Assembly (NCBI GenBank): GCA_977016875.1
Contig: CDRNST010000122.1
Coordinates: 3,844,001-3,908,000 of the forward strand
From: Pavona decussata
Lineage: Eukaryota
DNA: 64,000 bases
Reading direction: 5' to 3'
This document shows, one piece after another, positions 60,056 through 64,000 of this stretch. Position numbers and translations under genes: made by a program. Numbering within the stretch: position 1 is the first letter of the stretch; every line of letters starts with the position of its first letter. The notes beneath the pieces are model-generated. The model saw only the letters and a list, made by a program, of their open reading frames with translations. It was not told where the DNA came from and did not search any database.

Positions 60056-61441
60056 AAACAATAATTGTTGCTTGGCACTCTAGTAAACACCAGTTAAGAC
60101 CTGTCGCTGTGAAAATCCCGAATAATAATGCAACAAAATATAGCTACAATTATTTAAGTTCAATTTTGAATTTTGTAGTAACAGAAAAAATACACTTATT
60201 TAAGATATGTAAAGTGCATATTATATTATACAAGTTATAAAAAAACATTGATCAGTGTAAAAATTCTTTGGCAAAGAGCAAAAATCATGAGCGATATTTA
60301 ACTTAAATACCAAACAAAAGATAAGGGAAAGTTGGCAGACCTTGTTTTTAACCTTTCTAGGTGTCTTGATGACCAAGTGACATCATTCAAAAGACAGTAA
60401 GGGATTGTACCAGATGGCAATAAAAACAAAAACAATGGTTTCCACAACACTAAGGAATGACCATGAATTGCTTCACAAACAGGTTGCTCACCAGAGACCA
60501 AGATTGTAACACATGTATGGTTGCCTGTTCTCATCTGAGTAGAGCAGCTGTACACAGGACACCCACATGTACAGCTGCCTGTTGAGTAAAGCAGCAGTAC
60601 ACAGGACACCCACATGTACTAAGATTCCTTTGGCTGTTTAGAGGATACCAACTTGCATGTAACATTTCCATACTAAATAAAATAATTTCAGGCACTTGTC
60701 GACATTAAACAAATTACAATAAAATAATACAAACCATACACATTAGTATATTCCTTTAGGTGAGGTATCATGACAGCAAGAGTAGCAGATTGCTGCATTA
60801 TTATGTACAATTTAGCTCCCTCAAAATTACTCATAAAAATGAACCTTTTTTTTTTACTTTTATTATAATTAAGTATGTATTGTATTTCCCCCCAGGAATA
60901 ATGTTGGGGCCAATAATAAATTGTTGAAGTGACTGTTGAATAACCAGAATGTTAAATAGTTTCCACACCTCTTTTTTTTTTTTTTTTCTGGTTTTGGGCA
61001 TTTGTATTCCAGCCCACCTCCCTAAGTTTTCTTTTAGCTTGAACTAGAAGGAAATCAATAAGTTAAATAAAGTTTTTCTTGTCTTGAAAAGGTAAAACTC
61101 TCAATTTCTTAACAACGTTGCCTTGAAATCTTGTCAGAATTTGAACAATTTCAACAGCTTTTCTTTGATTGTCATCTACCAATACACAAATTTAATCTGA
61201 CTCTTTTGAAGGAAAGAGGTAGCATGTTTTTGGTAACCACTATAAACATACCACATCTAAGTGTGCTTCTATCTACAAGTGTTCCAAACTTTATGAATTA
61301 CAAATGCAACAATCATCTCCCTTATCAGCTGCTGTTATGAGTGTTCCCTATGACACAATGAAGCTGGATTGTTCTGACGATTGAGAGAGATCTCATTCTA
61401 TCAACACCTTAATTTCTTCATTGCCTCCCTGCTTTTGCAAT

Positions 61442-62730
61442 TGACTCTGAAGATGACTCCCACCAGGGTTTGAGCCAGGCCACGCCATTGTGCCAATCCC
61501 GCACTGCAATTGAAATTGTCCCTTAAAAAAATGGCCCAGGGGACAATTTGTCCCCTTCAAAATTTAGGGAAAAAACTCGAAAGGAAGCAGACACAAAAGG
61601 AATAATTCAGTACAGAAATTGCAAGCTGAGCAGAATGTGGAAAGTAAGCTTATATTTTATCACACGTTCTCCATTCAAAGTTCATTCTCAAGTCATGTTT
61701 CAGTCACGCTCTACTGAACATGTGCGTCTCATGCTCAACCAAGCGTGGTGAACGCACCTGACAATCTTCAACACAATCTTCGAAACATCCAAAACGTGTT
61801 CGAACAATACAGAGCTCCCAATCGAAGCTAGACTGAATCAGAGAAAAATGAAACAGAAGAAGAACAATGTATTAATCAGGAAGAAACGGATGAGGATCAA
61901 AGGAAACCAAAAAAATCACAAACTTTCCGGAAAACTTGGTTGCAAGATTACACATGATTGCGCTATGAGAAAGAGGCGATGTTCTGCTATTTTTGTCGGA
62001 AATCAAAGAAGACAAACCCCTTTGCATCGGCGGAAGGATGTACAAATTTTAGAACCTCAACTCTGCAAAGACATAAAGACTGTAAAGAACATGAGGATGC
62101 TGGTACTAATGCGGCTGGCTGTGAAAGAGGTTTTAGCACACAGAATCGAATTAAGAATGTTTTGAGAAACAGACTGAAAGCGGAGAGGTTGGATGTGCTC
62201 ATGACCATTGACATTGAGGGGCCACCTTCCAAGGACTTTGACTTTTCTACAGCCCTTGATGTTTGGGCTAGAACCAACAGAAGAATTAGTACATACACGT
62301 CTACCAGTAATTAAGAAAGGAATTGAAGTCTACAAGGGGATGCCGAGGCGAGATGCTGCTGTCAAATGTTTTGAAGTATAAAGCATAGTCATTGATCCTC
62401 TGTTTAAATATGACGAGAAAAAAAAGTCTTGACAGCAACAACTCAACTTTTCTTGTTTGTATCACTGTTCTTGTATTACAAGGATCAGCTAGAAAAATGT
62501 TTTTGTTGGTTTGCCTGGATCAATGTAAAAAAAATGTTGAATAAAAATTGTCTGTCCCCCTAAAAATAAGAATGTCCCCAAAATTTTAGCCAAGGGGACA
62601 GATTGTCCCCCAGTGATCAAATCCTAGCTCAAACCCTGTACCACTCAGGTTGTTGAAACGTCAGTCACCTCAAACAGTCCTTTTCAGGACAACACTAACC
62701 CAGATGATCACAATTTACATCTACTACTTA
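61442..62730 (+). repeat. Penelope-like terminal repeat with minimal type I hammerhead motif, split by the hAT element
   Basis: Rejoining the flanks gives TGACT-CTGAAGA-TGACTACCACTCAGGTTGTT-GAAA-CG-TC-AGTCA. Confidence 0.6.
61464..62638 (+). mobile_element. Internally deleted hAT transposon (ZNF862-like transposase remnant)
   Basis: TIRs CAGGGTTTGAGC / GCTCAAACCCTG and subterminal GGGGACA/TGTCCCC motifs. The remnant ORF has a zinc finger (MFCYFC...LQRH...H) joined to a hAT dimerisation region (CERGFSTQNRIKNVLRNRL). Confidence 0.85.
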
Positions 62731-62885
62731 TTATCTGGTATTCTGTTTATACGTGTAAATAAAAATGATACTAATATTGTTTTTAGTACTACAATGATAA
62801 CAGCCCTCTTTGTTGCTATGTAGAGCGATTCAATTAATGGTCAGAAAATAACACTTTCATCAGTGGTCCTAATTTTCAAGTCATC

Positions 62886-64000
<1,115 letters not shown>

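Noticed and set aside
60538-60619. Short direct repeat resembling a repeat-spacer unit
   Set aside because: Only two near-adjacent ~36-bp units in eukaryotic DNA with no cas genes; an ordinary tandem duplication, not CRISPR.

Overview
Intron-rich, repeat-rich animal genomic DNA. The repeat types and gene content suggest a marine invertebrate, probably a stony coral (inference). Hand splicing supports five host genes. (1) A 4-exon, ~490-aa protein with a hydrophobic helix, a TRADD-N-like domain and two TIR domains (5763-11624, -). (2) An NB-ARC-like STAND ATPase with TPRs and almost no N-terminal domain (19323-31549, -, 3' end unresolved); its first coding intron holds a young full-length BEL/Pao LTR retrotransposon, itself disrupted by a Helentron-type dimer carrying a MITE. 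(3) A complete 10-exon MAP2K1/2 (MEK) gene with one GC-AG intron. (4) A solitary intronless histone H1 with an N-terminal SR-dipeptide tract, H1-box and histone stem-loop. (5) The 3' part of a PFKFB gene, intronless over at least 1.1 kb. There are also many MITEs and SINE-like repeats, an internally deleted hAT element inserted in a hammerhead-like repeat, and decayed LINE fragments. The best candidate for a new system is the co-oriented pair of an effector-less STAND-TPR sensor and a membrane-anchored TRADD-N-TIR-TIR protein. No database searches were run; domain names come from motif recognition.
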